DNA of 64,000 nt from Gemmatimonadales bacterium (GTDB lineage: Bacteria; Gemmatimonadota; Gemmatimonadetes; Longimicrobiales; Gaopeijiaceae): contig JBJHCE010000003.1 in assembly GCA_050485865.1 (NCBI GenBank), forward strand, positions 1,506 to 65,505, read 5' to 3'. A program made the translations under genes and the position numbers. The notes below the pieces were generated by a model. The model was not told the origin of the DNA. It worked only from the letters and a program-made list of their open reading frames with translations, and searched no databases. Of this stretch, positions 43,097-52,427 are shown one piece after another. Position 1 is the first letter of the stretch; each line of letters opens with the position of its first letter.

Positions 43097-43224
43097 GTAA
43101 GTCTCTCCGGAATCAGAACCTGGGTCGGTGGCTATGAGGTGCTGCCTGAAGTTCGGAGGGGGTGGGGTCCGCCGGGGGGCCGGCCGGCAATATGGCCCCC
43201 CGGCCCCCCGCCCTCAACCCGGCG

Positions 43225-44202
43225 TCAGGGCCCCCCGCGGAAGGCCCCCGGAAGCTGGACCCCCTTCACCACCGCGCGGATCGCCTCCATGGCCTGCCGC
43301 TCCACCGGCCCCAGGTCGGCGAGCATCCGGTCCGCCACGCGCTCCCACCCTTCCCGGTCTCCGGTGCGCGCTGCGGCATCGAGCTCGGCGGCTGCGGCAT
43401 CGAAGCGCTCCATACGGGCCGCCAGCACCTCGCGGGCCTGACCCCGGAGCTGGAAGATCGCCGCTCCCCCGCCCCGCGGGGCCTCGGGCTCGGTGAGCTG
43501 GTTCACGAGGGAGAAGGTCGAGGCCACCCGCTCGAGGCGCTCCACCGCGTCATCTCCGTCGATCCAGCAGGCGTCCGGAGGGGTGATCCCGCGCCCCATG
43601 AGCGGAAGGAAGAAGTTGTTGCCGGCAAAGGGCCCGTACGGCGATGGGATGAGCCACACGTGGAGCATGTGGAGCGTCTGCCCGGCTCCCCCGAGCTCCG
43701 GGTGATCGTGCCAGGCGGCGAGCTCGCTCTCGAAGGCCCGGGGCATTTCCGCGTCCACCGGACCCACGAAGGCATAGGCCATCCCCACGAGGCGCTCCTC
43801 GCCATCCACCGGCGCGAACATCAGGTGATCGGGCTCTTCCAGCCGGATCCCGGCCCGCATCCGCCCGGCATGGATCCAGTGCACCCCCATGGTCGGGATG
43901 TTTCCGAACTGGGGCCGGAAGCCGGCCCGGGCGGCGGCCTCAGGGGTCGAGAACGCCGCCACTCCCTCCTCCAGGCGAAGGATCATGGAGCGGTCCCGCT
44001 CGGAGAGCCCGCTCCAGGGCGGCGCCGCGAGGGTCGTGCACTCGACCGGGCCCCCGTGGTGGTGGGCGTGGGCGTCACCGTGGCCCTGGTGGTCGTGGTG
44101 GCCATGGTCCTGGGCCCTGGCATCCACGGCCACGAGGAGGCCGAGGGCGCCCACGGCCAGGGCCGCCAGCACAGGGGAACTCCGGTGGGTCCGCATCGAC
44201 AT
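43225..44202 (-). CDS. Secreted His-rich protein, paralogue of the 56148-56789 product
   Basis: Signal peptide followed by QDHGHHDHQGHGDAHAHHHGG. It shares the blocks MGVHWIH, EPDHLMFAP..GEERLVGMAYAF and LHMLHVWL with the other ORF. Confidence 0.65.
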   Translation of the reverse strand: MSMRTHRSSPVLAALAVGALGLLVAVDARAQDHGHHDHQGHGDAHAHHHGGPVECTTLAAPPWSGLSERDRSMILRLEEGVAAFSTPEAAARAGFRPQFGNIPTMGVHWIHAGRMRAGIRLEEPDHLMFAPVDGEERLVGMAYAFVGPVDAEMPRAFESELAAWHDHPELGGAGQTLHMLHVWLIPSPYGPFAGNNFFLPLMGRGITPPDACWIDGDDAVERLERVASTFSLVNQLTEPEAPRGGGAAIFQLRGQAREVLAARMERFDAAAAELDAAARTGDREGWERVADRMLADLGPVERQAMEAIRAVVKGVQLPGAFRGGP

Positions 44203-44360
44203 CGACTCCTGGTTCAGGGAACGACATGGGTCGTCACGGGGACGACTGGCGGCGAATCTTCGTTAGAAGGCGCATCCGCGCGACGAAATCCTTGCCCTGT
44301 TCGGCGGTCGGGCACACCGTAGGGCACGCACGGCTCGTTCCCCCATCCGGATTGATCCCC

Positions 44361-44633
44361 ATGAAGCGATTCCTCATCGAGCGCAACATTCCCGGCGCCG
44401 GGAGCATGACCCCCGAACAGCTCCGCGCCGCCTCGCAGAAGTCCTGCTCCGTCCTCCTCGGCCTGGGTCCCCAGGTCCAGTGGGTCCAGAGCTACGTGAG
44501 CGGCGACCACATCCACTGCGTCTACCTGGCCGAGACCGAGGATCTGGTCCATGAGCACGCCCGGCAGTCGGGGTTCCCCGCCGACCGGGTCATCGAGATC
44601 TCGACGGTCATCGACCCGACGACGGCCAACTGA
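44361..44633 (+). CDS. DUF4242-like small protein
   Basis: 90 aa, MKRFLIERNIPGAGSMTPEQL....S........VQW..SYV..D...CVY.A pattern. The start is at the internal ATG preceded by a non-coding-looking sequence. Confidence 0.6.
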   Translation: MKRFLIERNIPGAGSMTPEQLRAASQKSCSVLLGLGPQVQWVQSYVSGDHIHCVYLAETEDLVHEHARQSGFPADRVIEISTVIDPTTAN

Positions 44634-46002
44634 GGGCCACCGCACCCAGGGGTTCCGGGGTCGCCTCCCCCTCGGGGGGGATCGCCTCCGCGCCCCTTTC
44701 CTCCCGTTCCGGTTCCGGGGCGGGCCAGGGTACCGACGTGCCCTCGTAGACCGAGGTCTCGAAGGGCACCGCGTGGAGCACGACGGCAGGCCCGGACAGC
44801 GCCCCCCGTTCGATCACCAGCGCGAACCCCCCGTAGAGGTCCACGAGGGTCGCGCCCGCAGGAAGGGCAAGGACGCCGAGCTGGACTCCGCCGGGGTCGA
44901 AGACGTCCCAACGCTCCCCGCCACGGAGGGCCCCCCGGCGAAGGGCCGCGAAGCTCCCGTCGGCGAAGACCTGAACCCCCACCCAGGGAGAGACCCACTC
45001 CGGAATGGGAACCGAGGCCAGGTGGGCCCGAACCCCCTCGACCACCATCTCGGGGTGATCCCCGGACGCGAGCACGGCCTCCAGGTCACTTCTCCGGGCA
45101 CGCCGGGCCGGAAGGTTCGCCTCCACGCGGAAGGAGGTGCCGCCGTCGTCCACCACCCTGAACCCCGGGAGCCCGGTGGGGTCCGTCCCCACCACCCGTG
45201 CCCCCCGGTACCCGACCCGTGCGCCCTCGAGGAGCGGCACCACGAGGCTCATCCCACCCTCGAACAGGAAGACAGCTCCCTGGTCCTCGAAGACCAGGCG
45301 GGGCTCCCCCGCCGGGCCGTCGAACGCCCAGACCCGCGTCGTGTCCTGGACGAATCGGACCCCGTCGGCCCGGGGGGGACCCAACCGGGGAAGATGCGCG
45401 CGGAAGCTCCCGTCAGGAGAGAGGTCGCGGACCCCGGGTGAAAGGGGGAACCCCTCGCCGAAGGGGACCACCCGGAGGAGGCTGCCCGACGGGTCGAACA
45501 CCGTGAAACGGCGCCGCCGCACGTCCCACACCCAGAGCCGGTCCCCCTCATCCATTCCCACGGGGGCCGCATCCACGAACTCCCCGGGGCCCTCGCCGTG
45601 CCCACCCACCGTGTAGAGGTGCCGCCCGTCGCGGGCCCGGAAGATCCGGACCTCGTTCGCGAGCCCCTCGCCCACGATCACGAAGGCGCTCCGCTCCACC
45701 CCGTCGGGGCGCCGGCGCCCGGGTTCAAAGCGCGCCGACGACACCTGCCCGAAGAAGTCCGGGGCCGCCGGATCCTCGCTTCCGACCCGGATGTGCTCGG
45801 TCTCCGCACCCAGCACGACCTCGACGAACTCCGGCGCCGGCGCCCGGTTCCGGACCACGCGAAGCCCGTCCTCGTCCGTCACGAGGAGGTGCGGTTCGTC
45901 GAGGAGGACCTCGACGTGCCCCGGCCCACCCTCAGCTTTGGAGCAGCCGGAAAGGGCGAGAGCAACGGCAACCAGGACGCGGGAAGCGCGCGCAGCACTC
46001 AT
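44608..46002 (-). CDS. Lipoprotein, probable 6-bladed beta-propeller
   Basis: Lipobox LALSGC and repeated blade-like segments (IFRARDGRHLYTVGGHGEGPGEF, RLWVWD, FTVFDPSG). A 26-bp convergent overlap with the DUF4242 gene. Confidence 0.6.
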   Translation of the reverse strand: MSAARASRVLVAVALALSGCSKAEGGPGHVEVLLDEPHLLVTDEDGLRVVRNRAPAPEFVEVVLGAETEHIRVGSEDPAAPDFFGQVSSARFEPGRRRPDGVERSAFVIVGEGLANEVRIFRARDGRHLYTVGGHGEGPGEFVDAAPVGMDEGDRLWVWDVRRRRFTVFDPSGSLLRVVPFGEGFPLSPGVRDLSPDGSFRAHLPRLGPPRADGVRFVQDTTRVWAFDGPAGEPRLVFEDQGAVFLFEGGMSLVVPLLEGARVGYRGARVVGTDPTGLPGFRVVDDGGTSFRVEANLPARRARRSDLEAVLASGDHPEMVVEGVRAHLASVPIPEWVSPWVGVQVFADGSFAALRRGALRGGERWDVFDPGGVQLGVLALPAGATLVDLYGGFALVIERGALSGPAVVLHAVPFETSVYEGTSVPWPAPEPEREERGAEAIPPEGEATPEPLGAVALSWPSSGR

Positions 46003-46078
46003 CGGGCGACCTCGGGCGTTCGGGGAGGGGGCCGGAGGTGGCCCCGGAGCGGCCCATCCGGGCCGCCCCCGATTCTGA

Positions 46079-46732
46079 TTAAGCCCGCCCCCCGCCCTTC
46101 GCAAGCCCCTCCCCCGGGAGCGCGTCCCGGCCCGGAAGCCCGAAATGCCCCGCGATCACCGCCGCCGCCTCCCCGGGCTCGAGCTCGGTGTTGTCCAGCA
46201 CGAGGTGGTCCTGCCAGGGGAACTCCCCCGGGCGCGACCGGAACCGGTGACGCCGCTCCGCCTCCAGGAGTCGCCCCTCCGACGCCTCCACGTCGCGCTT
46301 GGATGCCTTCTCCCGAAGCCGCAGCTCCGTCCGGTTCCGGACGAGGCGCGTCTCGAGATCCGCCTCGAGCTCCACGAACACCGCCCGCCCCCCGCGGCCC
46401 GTGAAGAGCCCCACCAGTTCCCCCAGGAAGCCCCCGTCGCCCGGGGCGTCGAAGTCCCAGACCCAGGTAAAGACGAGTCCCGGGATCCCCGCCCGCGCCG
46501 CCTCGTCGATGACCGCCCGCCGGAACCCCCGCACGAGCCGCACGAAGGGGTCCGACCCGAAGGGGAAGATCCCGAGCACCGGCTCGATGGCCATGTGGTT
46601 GTGGAAGAGGGGAAATCCCGTCCGCTCCGAAAGCGCCATCCCCGTCGCCATCTTCCCCACCGCAGGGGGCCCCAGGAGCACCACGAGGGTCCCGGCGCGC
46701 TCCTCCTCCGCCCCGGGAGCGCCCCCGCTCAT
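46079..46732 (-). CDS. P-loop kinase/AAA_33-like ATPase
   Basis: Walker A LLGPPAVGKMATG. The ATG overlaps the upstream stop (ATGA at 46729-46732). Confidence 0.6.
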   Translation of the reverse strand: MSGGAPGAEEERAGTLVVLLGPPAVGKMATGMALSERTGFPLFHNHMAIEPVLGIFPFGSDPFVRLVRGFRRAVIDEAARAGIPGLVFTWVWDFDAPGDGGFLGELVGLFTGRGGRAVFVELEADLETRLVRNRTELRLREKASKRDVEASEGRLLEAERRHRFRSRPGEFPWQDHLVLDNTELEPGEAAAVIAGHFGLPGRDALPGEGLAKGGGRA

Positions 46733-47271
46733 GGTCCCCCGCCTCCTTCATCGCTGCTCACCGCGTAGAGCGCGAGCTCCCACGCCCCCCCCTCCGCCCC
46801 CCCTTCCGCCCCCCCCGCCCGGCGCCACACCGCGGCATACTTCCCGGCATACCGCACCGGCCCCCCGGGCCCCGCGAAGGTGTTCACCGTCGTCCCCACC
46901 CCCCACGCAAGATCCCCCGAGGCGCTGCGCTCGAGGGGCCCCGGCTCGGCCTCCGACCCCTCGAGAAACCGGAAGAGGTTCCCGTAGAAGCCCCGGAGCG
47001 CCTCCCTCCCCCGCAGTTCCGGCATCCCTGCCACCTGGAGCACCGCGTCGGGAGCGAAGACCGCCGCCACCCGGTCGGCGTCGCGGGCGGCCATGGCGGC
47101 CAGGAACTCGGCCTGTCTCGCCTCGAGTCCCTCGCCCCCTTCCGGCTCCCCCGACCGCGAAACCACCGCTCCCACCACGAGCGAGCCCGCCACCAGCCCG
47201 GCCACGCACATTCCGCGCACGAGCCCCATGGACAGGCCCCCGGTCCGCAGGCGGGAGGGGAAGGTGGTCAT
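46729..47271 (-). CDS. NTF2-like (SnoaL/DUF4440) protein with N-terminal anchor
   Basis: Hydrophobic leader, then FLAAMAARDADRVAAVFAPDAVL...GREALRGFY...KYAAVWRR, typical of SnoaL-like folds. Confidence 0.6.
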   Translation of the reverse strand: MTTFPSRLRTGGLSMGLVRGMCVAGLVAGSLVVGAVVSRSGEPEGGEGLEARQAEFLAAMAARDADRVAAVFAPDAVLQVAGMPELRGREALRGFYGNLFRFLEGSEAEPGPLERSASGDLAWGVGTTVNTFAGPGGPVRYAGKYAAVWRRAGGAEGGAEGGAWELALYAVSSDEGGGGP

Positions 47272-47317
47272 CGGGATCTCTCCGGTGGGGGTCGGGGGGC
47301 GCCATCCTCGGGCCCCT

Positions 47318-47330
47318 TCACCCTACCCTT
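47318..47330 (-). promoter_or_regulatory. Second copy of the 13-mer AAGGGTAGGGTGA (minus strand)
   Basis: Exact match to 16841-16853. It lies 47 nt upstream of the minus-strand start at 47271. Confidence 0.3.
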
Positions 47331-47410
47331 CTCCCCTCCCCGCCGCCAGCCACCCCGGTCCCGGGTACCGCCCCGGGCCCGCACCTCCGCATCCCCGATC
47401 GGGAATTTCC

Positions 47411-47440
47411 TTGACGGGAGCCCTCCGCGCCCGGTACGCT
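47411..47440 (+). promoter_or_regulatory. Promoter candidate TTGACG-N18-TACGCT upstream of the S9 peptidase gene
   Basis: Preceded by the AT-richer GGGAATTTCC. The -10 fits TANNNT. About 55 nt upstream of ATG 47497. Confidence 0.3.
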
Positions 47441-47496
47441 GCCGGGATTCCTCACCCCCTCCAGCTCCACCGACCCACAGACCCACCGGAGGCAGC

Positions 47497-50376
47497 ATGC
47501 GACTCCGTGTCCCCCGCCGGCGAGGCGCCCCCCGGGCCTCGCACCCCGTCCTGGCCCTCGGCCTCCTCCTCTTCCTCGCCCCTGCGCTCGCCCTCGAGGG
47601 GCAGCAGAAGCGGGCGCTGGACCACGAAGACTACGACCGGTGGAACCGGATCCAGCAGGAGTCGATCTCGCCCGACGGAACATGGCTCCAGTACCGTCTC
47701 GTTCCCGGTTTCGGAGATGCGACCCTGGTCGTCAGGTCGGTGGGGTCGGAGCGCACCCTGGAGATCGAGCGGGGCCGCGATGCCCGCTTCACGCGCGATT
47801 CGCGCTACCTCGTCTTCCGCATCGATCCGACGCAGGCCGCGCGCGACGAGGCCCGCGACAACCGGAACACCCCGGCGCCGCTGGATTCCCTCGGTGTGCT
47901 GGACCTCGCGAGCGGCGAGATCACCCGCACACCCCGGCTCCGCGGTTTCACCCTTCCCTCCGAATCCACCGCCTGGGTGGTGGTGCAGCGCGAGGCGGAG
48001 CGGGAGCGGCCGGCAGAGGAACCCGGGGAACCCGAGGAGGAAGAGGCGGGCCCCACCCGGGACCGTCCCGCCGGGCACCCCCTCCACTACATGAATCTCG
48101 CCACCGGCGAGGAGCGGGTCTTTCCCGGGGTCACCGCCTTCCAGGTGAACGACGACGGGACCCGGGTGGTCTTCGCCCAGACGGCCCGGAACGGCAGGGA
48201 CGACGGGGTCTACCTGGCCGAGGCCGGGTCCGACGCGGTCCGGACCCTCATGGCGGGGGAGGGGCTCTACGTGCGCCTCACCCTGGACCGGGAGCAGGGG
48301 CAGGTGGCCTTCCTCTCGAACACCGAGACCTGGGCGGGCGACGACCCGGAGCATGCCCTCTACCTGGCGCCGCTTGCGGGCGGCGGGGAGGCGCGGAAGG
48401 TGGCGGGCACGGGCTCACCCGGAGTCCCCGAGGGCTGGATCGTGAGCGACAACACGGGGGTGACCTTCTCCCACTCGGGCGAGCGCCTCTTCTTCGGGAC
48501 CATGCCCCGCCCCGCCCCCGAGCCCGAGGAGAAGGACCCGATGCTCGAGGCGGTGACGGTGGACATCTGGTCCTGGCACGACGACTTCCTCCAGCCTCAC
48601 CAGCTCCAGGCGCTGAACCAGGAGCGGCGGCGCACCTACGAGGCGGTGGCCCACCTCGGGAGCGGCCGGATCGTGCAGCTCGAGGACCCGACCCTTCTCT
48701 CGGTTTCGGTGGCGGACCGGCGTGACGCCGCCGTGGCCCTGGGGCAGGACGAGCTCCCGTACCGGCAGCGGGTGTCCTGGGACACGCGCTTCGTGGACCT
48801 GTACCTGGTGGACGTGAACACCGGCGCCCGGGAGCTCCTCGTGGAGGAGATCCGGAACTCGGGCTCCATGTCGCCCACAGGCCGTTACGTGACCTGGTGG
48901 GACGGGGTCGCCCTCGGGTGGATGGTCATGGACCTGGACACGCGGAGCGTGGTGAACGCCACCGCACGGATCCCGGTTCCGGTGCACAACGAGCTCGACG
49001 ACCGGCCGGGGCCCAAGGGCTCGGCGGGCACGGCGGGGTGGACCTCGGATGACCGCCACCTGGTTGTGCAGGACGCCCACGACCTCTGGCTCGTGGATCC
49101 CACCGGCCGGGAGGCCCCCCGCAACCTGACCCAGGGGTACGGGCGGGCGAACGACCTCCGCCTCCGGATCGTGCGCATGGGATGGGACGACCCGGCCATC
49201 CCCCTCGACGAGGAGATCATGCTCTCGGCCTTCGACCGGCGGACCAAGGCCGACGGGTACTACCGGGTCCGCTTCGACCGGAACGAGGCGCCCCGCCGGG
49301 TGGTCATGGAGGACCGCTCCTTCTCGACACCGCAGAAGGCGGAGGACGCCGACGTCTACCTCTTCACCCAGCGCACCTTCCAGGACTTCCCCGATCTCTG
49401 GGTGTCGAACACGGACTTCGGCGAGCGCCGCCGGATGAGCCACGCGAACCCACAGCAGGCCGAAATCAACTGGGGGACGGCGGAGCTCATGGAGTGGACC
49501 TCCGCCGACGGCGAGCTCCTCCAGGGGATCCTCTACAAGCCCGAGAACTTCGACGCGTCCGAGGAGTGGCCCATGATGGTCTACTTCTACGAGCGCTCCT
49601 CCGACGGACTCCACAGCTACTTCATCCCCGGCACCGGAACCTCGATCAACCGGAGCTTCTACGTGAGCCGGGGCTACCTCCTCTTCGTCCCTGACATTCC
49701 GTACAAGGAGGGGTACCCGGGCGAGAGCGCCATGAACGCCATCATTCCCGGCATCACCGCCATCGCGGACCGGGGGTATGTGGACCGGGCCCGGATCGGG
49801 GTGCAGGGGCACTCGTGGGGCGGCTACCAGATTGCCTACATGGTGACCCGCACGAACATCTTCGCCGCCGCCGAGGCGGGGGCGCCGGTCACGAACATGA
49901 CGAGCGCGTACGGGGGAATCCGGTGGGAGAGTGGCCGGGTGCGTCAGATGCAGTACGAGACGGGGCAGTCCCGGATCGGGGCGACCCTCTGGGACGCCCA
50001 GCACCGCTACATCGAGAACTCGCCCCTCTTCTCGGCCTACAAGGTGGACACCCCCCTCCTCATGCTCCACAACGACCGCGACGGCGCGGTGCCCTGGGAG
50101 GAGGGGATCCAGTTCTTCGTGGCGCTCCGGCGCCTGGGCAAGCCCGTCTGGCTCGTGAACTACAACGGCCAGGGGCACGGGGTGAGCGGCCGGTATCCCC
50201 AGCTCGACTGGACGATCCGGATGCAGCAGTTCTTCGACCACTACCTCCTCGATGCCCCGCCCCCGGTCTGGCTCGTGAACGGGGTACCGGCGCTCGCCAA
50301 GGGGCAGACGCTGGGGCTCGACCTCGTGGAGACCCCGGTGAGCGTGGACCAGGGAGGCGGCGGCGGAGGCGACTGA
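47497..50376 (+). CDS. S9-family serine peptidase (prolyl oligopeptidase/DPP-like) with long N-terminal propeller region
   Basis: Signal peptide, nucleophile elbow GVQGHSWGGY, and downstream LMLHNDRDGAVP and GQGHG (Asp/His region). Confidence 0.85.
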   Translation: MRLRVPRRRGAPRASHPVLALGLLLFLAPALALEGQQKRALDHEDYDRWNRIQQESISPDGTWLQYRLVPGFGDATLVVRSVGSERTLEIERGRDARFTRDSRYLVFRIDPTQAARDEARDNRNTPAPLDSLGVLDLASGEITRTPRLRGFTLPSESTAWVVVQREAERERPAEEPGEPEEEEAGPTRDRPAGHPLHYMNLATGEERVFPGVTAFQVNDDGTRVVFAQTARNGRDDGVYLAEAGSDAVRTLMAGEGLYVRLTLDREQGQVAFLSNTETWAGDDPEHALYLAPLAGGGEARKVAGTGSPGVPEGWIVSDNTGVTFSHSGERLFFGTMPRPAPEPEEKDPMLEAVTVDIWSWHDDFLQPHQLQALNQERRRTYEAVAHLGSGRIVQLEDPTLLSVSVADRRDAAVALGQDELPYRQRVSWDTRFVDLYLVDVNTGARELLVEEIRNSGSMSPTGRYVTWWDGVALGWMVMDLDTRSVVNATARIPVPVHNELDDRPGPKGSAGTAGWTSDDRHLVVQDAHDLWLVDPTGREAPRNLTQGYGRANDLRLRIVRMGWDDPAIPLDEEIMLSAFDRRTKADGYYRVRFDRNEAPRRVVMEDRSFSTPQKAEDADVYLFTQRTFQDFPDLWVSNTDFGERRRMSHANPQQAEINWGTAELMEWTSADGELLQGILYKPENFDASEEWPMMVYFYERSSDGLHSYFIPGTGTSINRSFYVSRGYLLFVPDIPYKEGYPGESAMNAIIPGITAIADRGYVDRARIGVQGHSWGGYQIAYMVTRTNIFAAAEAGAPVTNMTSAYGGIRWESGRVRQMQYETGQSRIGATLWDAQHRYIENSPLFSAYKVDTPLLMLHNDRDGAVPWEEGIQFFVALRRLGKPVWLVNYNGQGHGVSGRYPQLDWTIRMQQFFDHYLLDAPPPVWLVNGVPALAKGQTLGLDLVETPVSVDQGGGGGGD

Positions 50377-50443
50377 CACCCGCCGGACCGGTCCCGGGGG
50401 AGGGGGGGCGCGACGCGCCCCCCCTCCCCCTTTCGTTCCTCCG

Positions 50444-51127
50444 CTAACGGGTCCCGTAGATTCGCCGCATGTCGGGGCGCTCGGTGGCCAGGTAGTGGAC
50501 CCAGATGTAGAGGTGGTTGAAGAGTGCCGCAGCCGCCCCCGCCACCGAGCCCAGGGCCAGCGCGGGCACCCAGAGCGCGAGGAACCCGAACACGTACATC
50601 GCGTTCGGGGTGTACCGGAAGATCCCCTCGCGGACCAGGGGGAGGTCCCGCCAGGCCGGGTCGAAGTGGTCGGCCCCCATGGCCCGCCGGAAGCCGAAGT
50701 GGCGGTGTACCGAGTGGAAGAGCCACCCCGCGGGGATCGCGGCCGCAAGCGCAAGCCCCCAGAGGAGCCAGGTGGGCGCCGCGAGGGTGCCGGCGTTCGC
50801 CACCGAAAGGGCCAGGATGCTCACCACCCGGCCGATCCCGAAGACCGCGAACCCCGCCGCGTAAACCCCGAAGGCGCGTGCCCCGAGTACCCGCGAGAGC
50901 GCCCCGGCGTGAAGCTCGACCCGCCAGCAGAACGCCACGAAGGCCTGGTGCGCCACCGGGACCGCCACCGCTGCGGCGAACCACCACCCCGCGCCGATCC
51001 CGAAGAGCGCGCCTTCGCGGACCGCCCCGAACCCCCCGACGTATCCCGCCGCGCCCGCGAAAAGGGCGAAACCGGCCAGGTGGATCCCCTGCCCCTCGAA
51101 GAGCCGCCGCCGGAGGGGGGCGCTCAC
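50444..51127 (-). CDS. Membrane methyltransferase of the PEMT/ICMT superfamily
   Basis: About 5 TM helices and C-terminal GIFRYTPNAMYVFGFLALW (the G.Y..vRnPmY-type motif). The GTG start overlaps the upstream stop (GTGA at 51124-51127). Confidence 0.65.
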   Translation of the reverse strand: MSAPLRRRLFEGQGIHLAGFALFAGAAGYVGGFGAVREGALFGIGAGWWFAAAVAVPVAHQAFVAFCWRVELHAGALSRVLGARAFGVYAAGFAVFGIGRVVSILALSVANAGTLAAPTWLLWGLALAAAIPAGWLFHSVHRHFGFRRAMGADHFDPAWRDLPLVREGIFRYTPNAMYVFGFLALWVPALALGSVAGAAAALFNHLYIWVHYLATERPDMRRIYGTR

Positions 51128-51588
51128 CCCTCCGCTTCCAGGTGCTCCGCCAGCGCGTCGAGGTCCTTCGCGCACGCCTTCCGGTAGGGGATCACCATCA
51201 GGCGGCCGAGGAACCCCGGAATCCCGCCGAGCCCCCGGATCTCGCCCACGAGGGCCACGTCGGTGCCTCGCTCGGTGGGCTCCAGGCGGTACTCGAAGAG
51301 GAATTCACCCCGCCCGCTCGACCCTTTGCTCCCGTCGACCCGCAGGCCCAGCACCCGGGGCCGCTCGAAGGTCACGACCTCGAACTCCTCGGTGGCCTCG
51401 GACCCGAACATCTTCCGGGTCTCTCGCCAGCGGGACCCTGCACACACCGGCCCATCGTCCAGGAGCTTCATCGCGACGAGCCCTGGCATCCAGGCCCCGG
51501 CTCCCTCGAGATCGACCATCGCATCGAAGACCCGCTCCGGGGGCGCCTCGATCTCGCGCGACACGTCGAATCGCACCGCCATCCGCAC
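51124..51588 (-). CDS. SRPBCC (START/polyketide cyclase-like) protein
   Basis: 154 aa. The opening I.AP.ERVFDAMVDLEGAGAWMPG and alternating beta-strand pattern are typical of the SRPBCC superfamily. Confidence 0.7.
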   Translation of the reverse strand: MRMAVRFDVSREIEAPPERVFDAMVDLEGAGAWMPGLVAMKLLDDGPVCAGSRWRETRKMFGSEATEEFEVVTFERPRVLGLRVDGSKGSSGRGEFLFEYRLEPTERGTDVALVGEIRGLGGIPGFLGRLMVIPYRKACAKDLDALAEHLEAEG

Positions 51589-51760
51589 CTCCCGCTGAGG
51601 GTGACTGTCCCGGGATCAGGCCACCGGTAGCGCGACAAGATGGCTCCGAACCCCCACCGAGCGCCAGCGGCACCCGCGCCCCTCGACATCATGGCGGGAG
51701 TCCCCACCCGGCAGTACCCTTCCCTCCTTGCCGGTCCCCCCGAATCCCGGAGCCGCCCCC

Positions 51761-52384
51761 ATGCGCGAACTCGCATCCCCTCCCGTGAGCGGTCCCCGCC
51801 ACACCGCCCCCCGGGCCCGCCTCGCGGGCGCCCTCCTCCCCCTCCTCGTCCTTGCCGCCGGATGCGAGGCCGGGGCGCCCGCGGACGCCGGCCGCGCCGC
51901 CCCGGCCACCCCCGCCGCATCCCAGGAAACGGACCTTCGGGTAGCCCAGGCGATCGAGGTGGCCGAAGACTTCCTCCGCGCCCTTTCCGCCCGGGACGGA
52001 GCCTGGCTCGAGCGGCTCTCCCTTCCCGGCGGGTCGGTGCACGCGGTGACCCTCGAGGGCGACGGCGGCCTCCGGGGGATCTCCTCCCGCCCCATCGAGA
52101 ACGACGTGGTCTCGATTCCCCGGAACCCGAACGCCCTCTTCGAGCGGATGTGGGAGCCTGTGGCCATGGTCCACGAGCGGATCGCCATGGTCTGGACGCC
52201 CTACGACTTCTGGGTGAACGGGGCGTGGAGCCACTGCGGGATCGACATCTTCACCCTGGTGGACACGGAAGACGGCTGGCGGATCAGCTCCATCACCTAC
52301 ACGGTGGAGCGGGAGGGCTGCCCGGAGTCGCCCCTTCCGCCTCCGACGTCGGAGGAGCTGGGGGTGGCACCGGACGAGGGCTAG
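51761..52384 (+). CDS. NTF2-like lipoprotein
   Basis: Lipobox LVLAAGC and an NTF2/DUF4440-like body (AEDFLRALSARDGAWLERL...WTPYDFWVNGAWSHCGIDIFTLV..EDGWRI). Confidence 0.55.
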   Translation: MRELASPPVSGPRHTAPRARLAGALLPLLVLAAGCEAGAPADAGRAAPATPAASQETDLRVAQAIEVAEDFLRALSARDGAWLERLSLPGGSVHAVTLEGDGGLRGISSRPIENDVVSIPRNPNALFERMWEPVAMVHERIAMVWTPYDFWVNGAWSHCGIDIFTLVDTEDGWRISSITYTVEREGCPESPLPPPTSEELGVAPDEG

Positions 52385-52427
52385 ACCGCCCCGGGCGCCC
52401 CCCCACGCACGGTTTGGCCCGTGCGCG

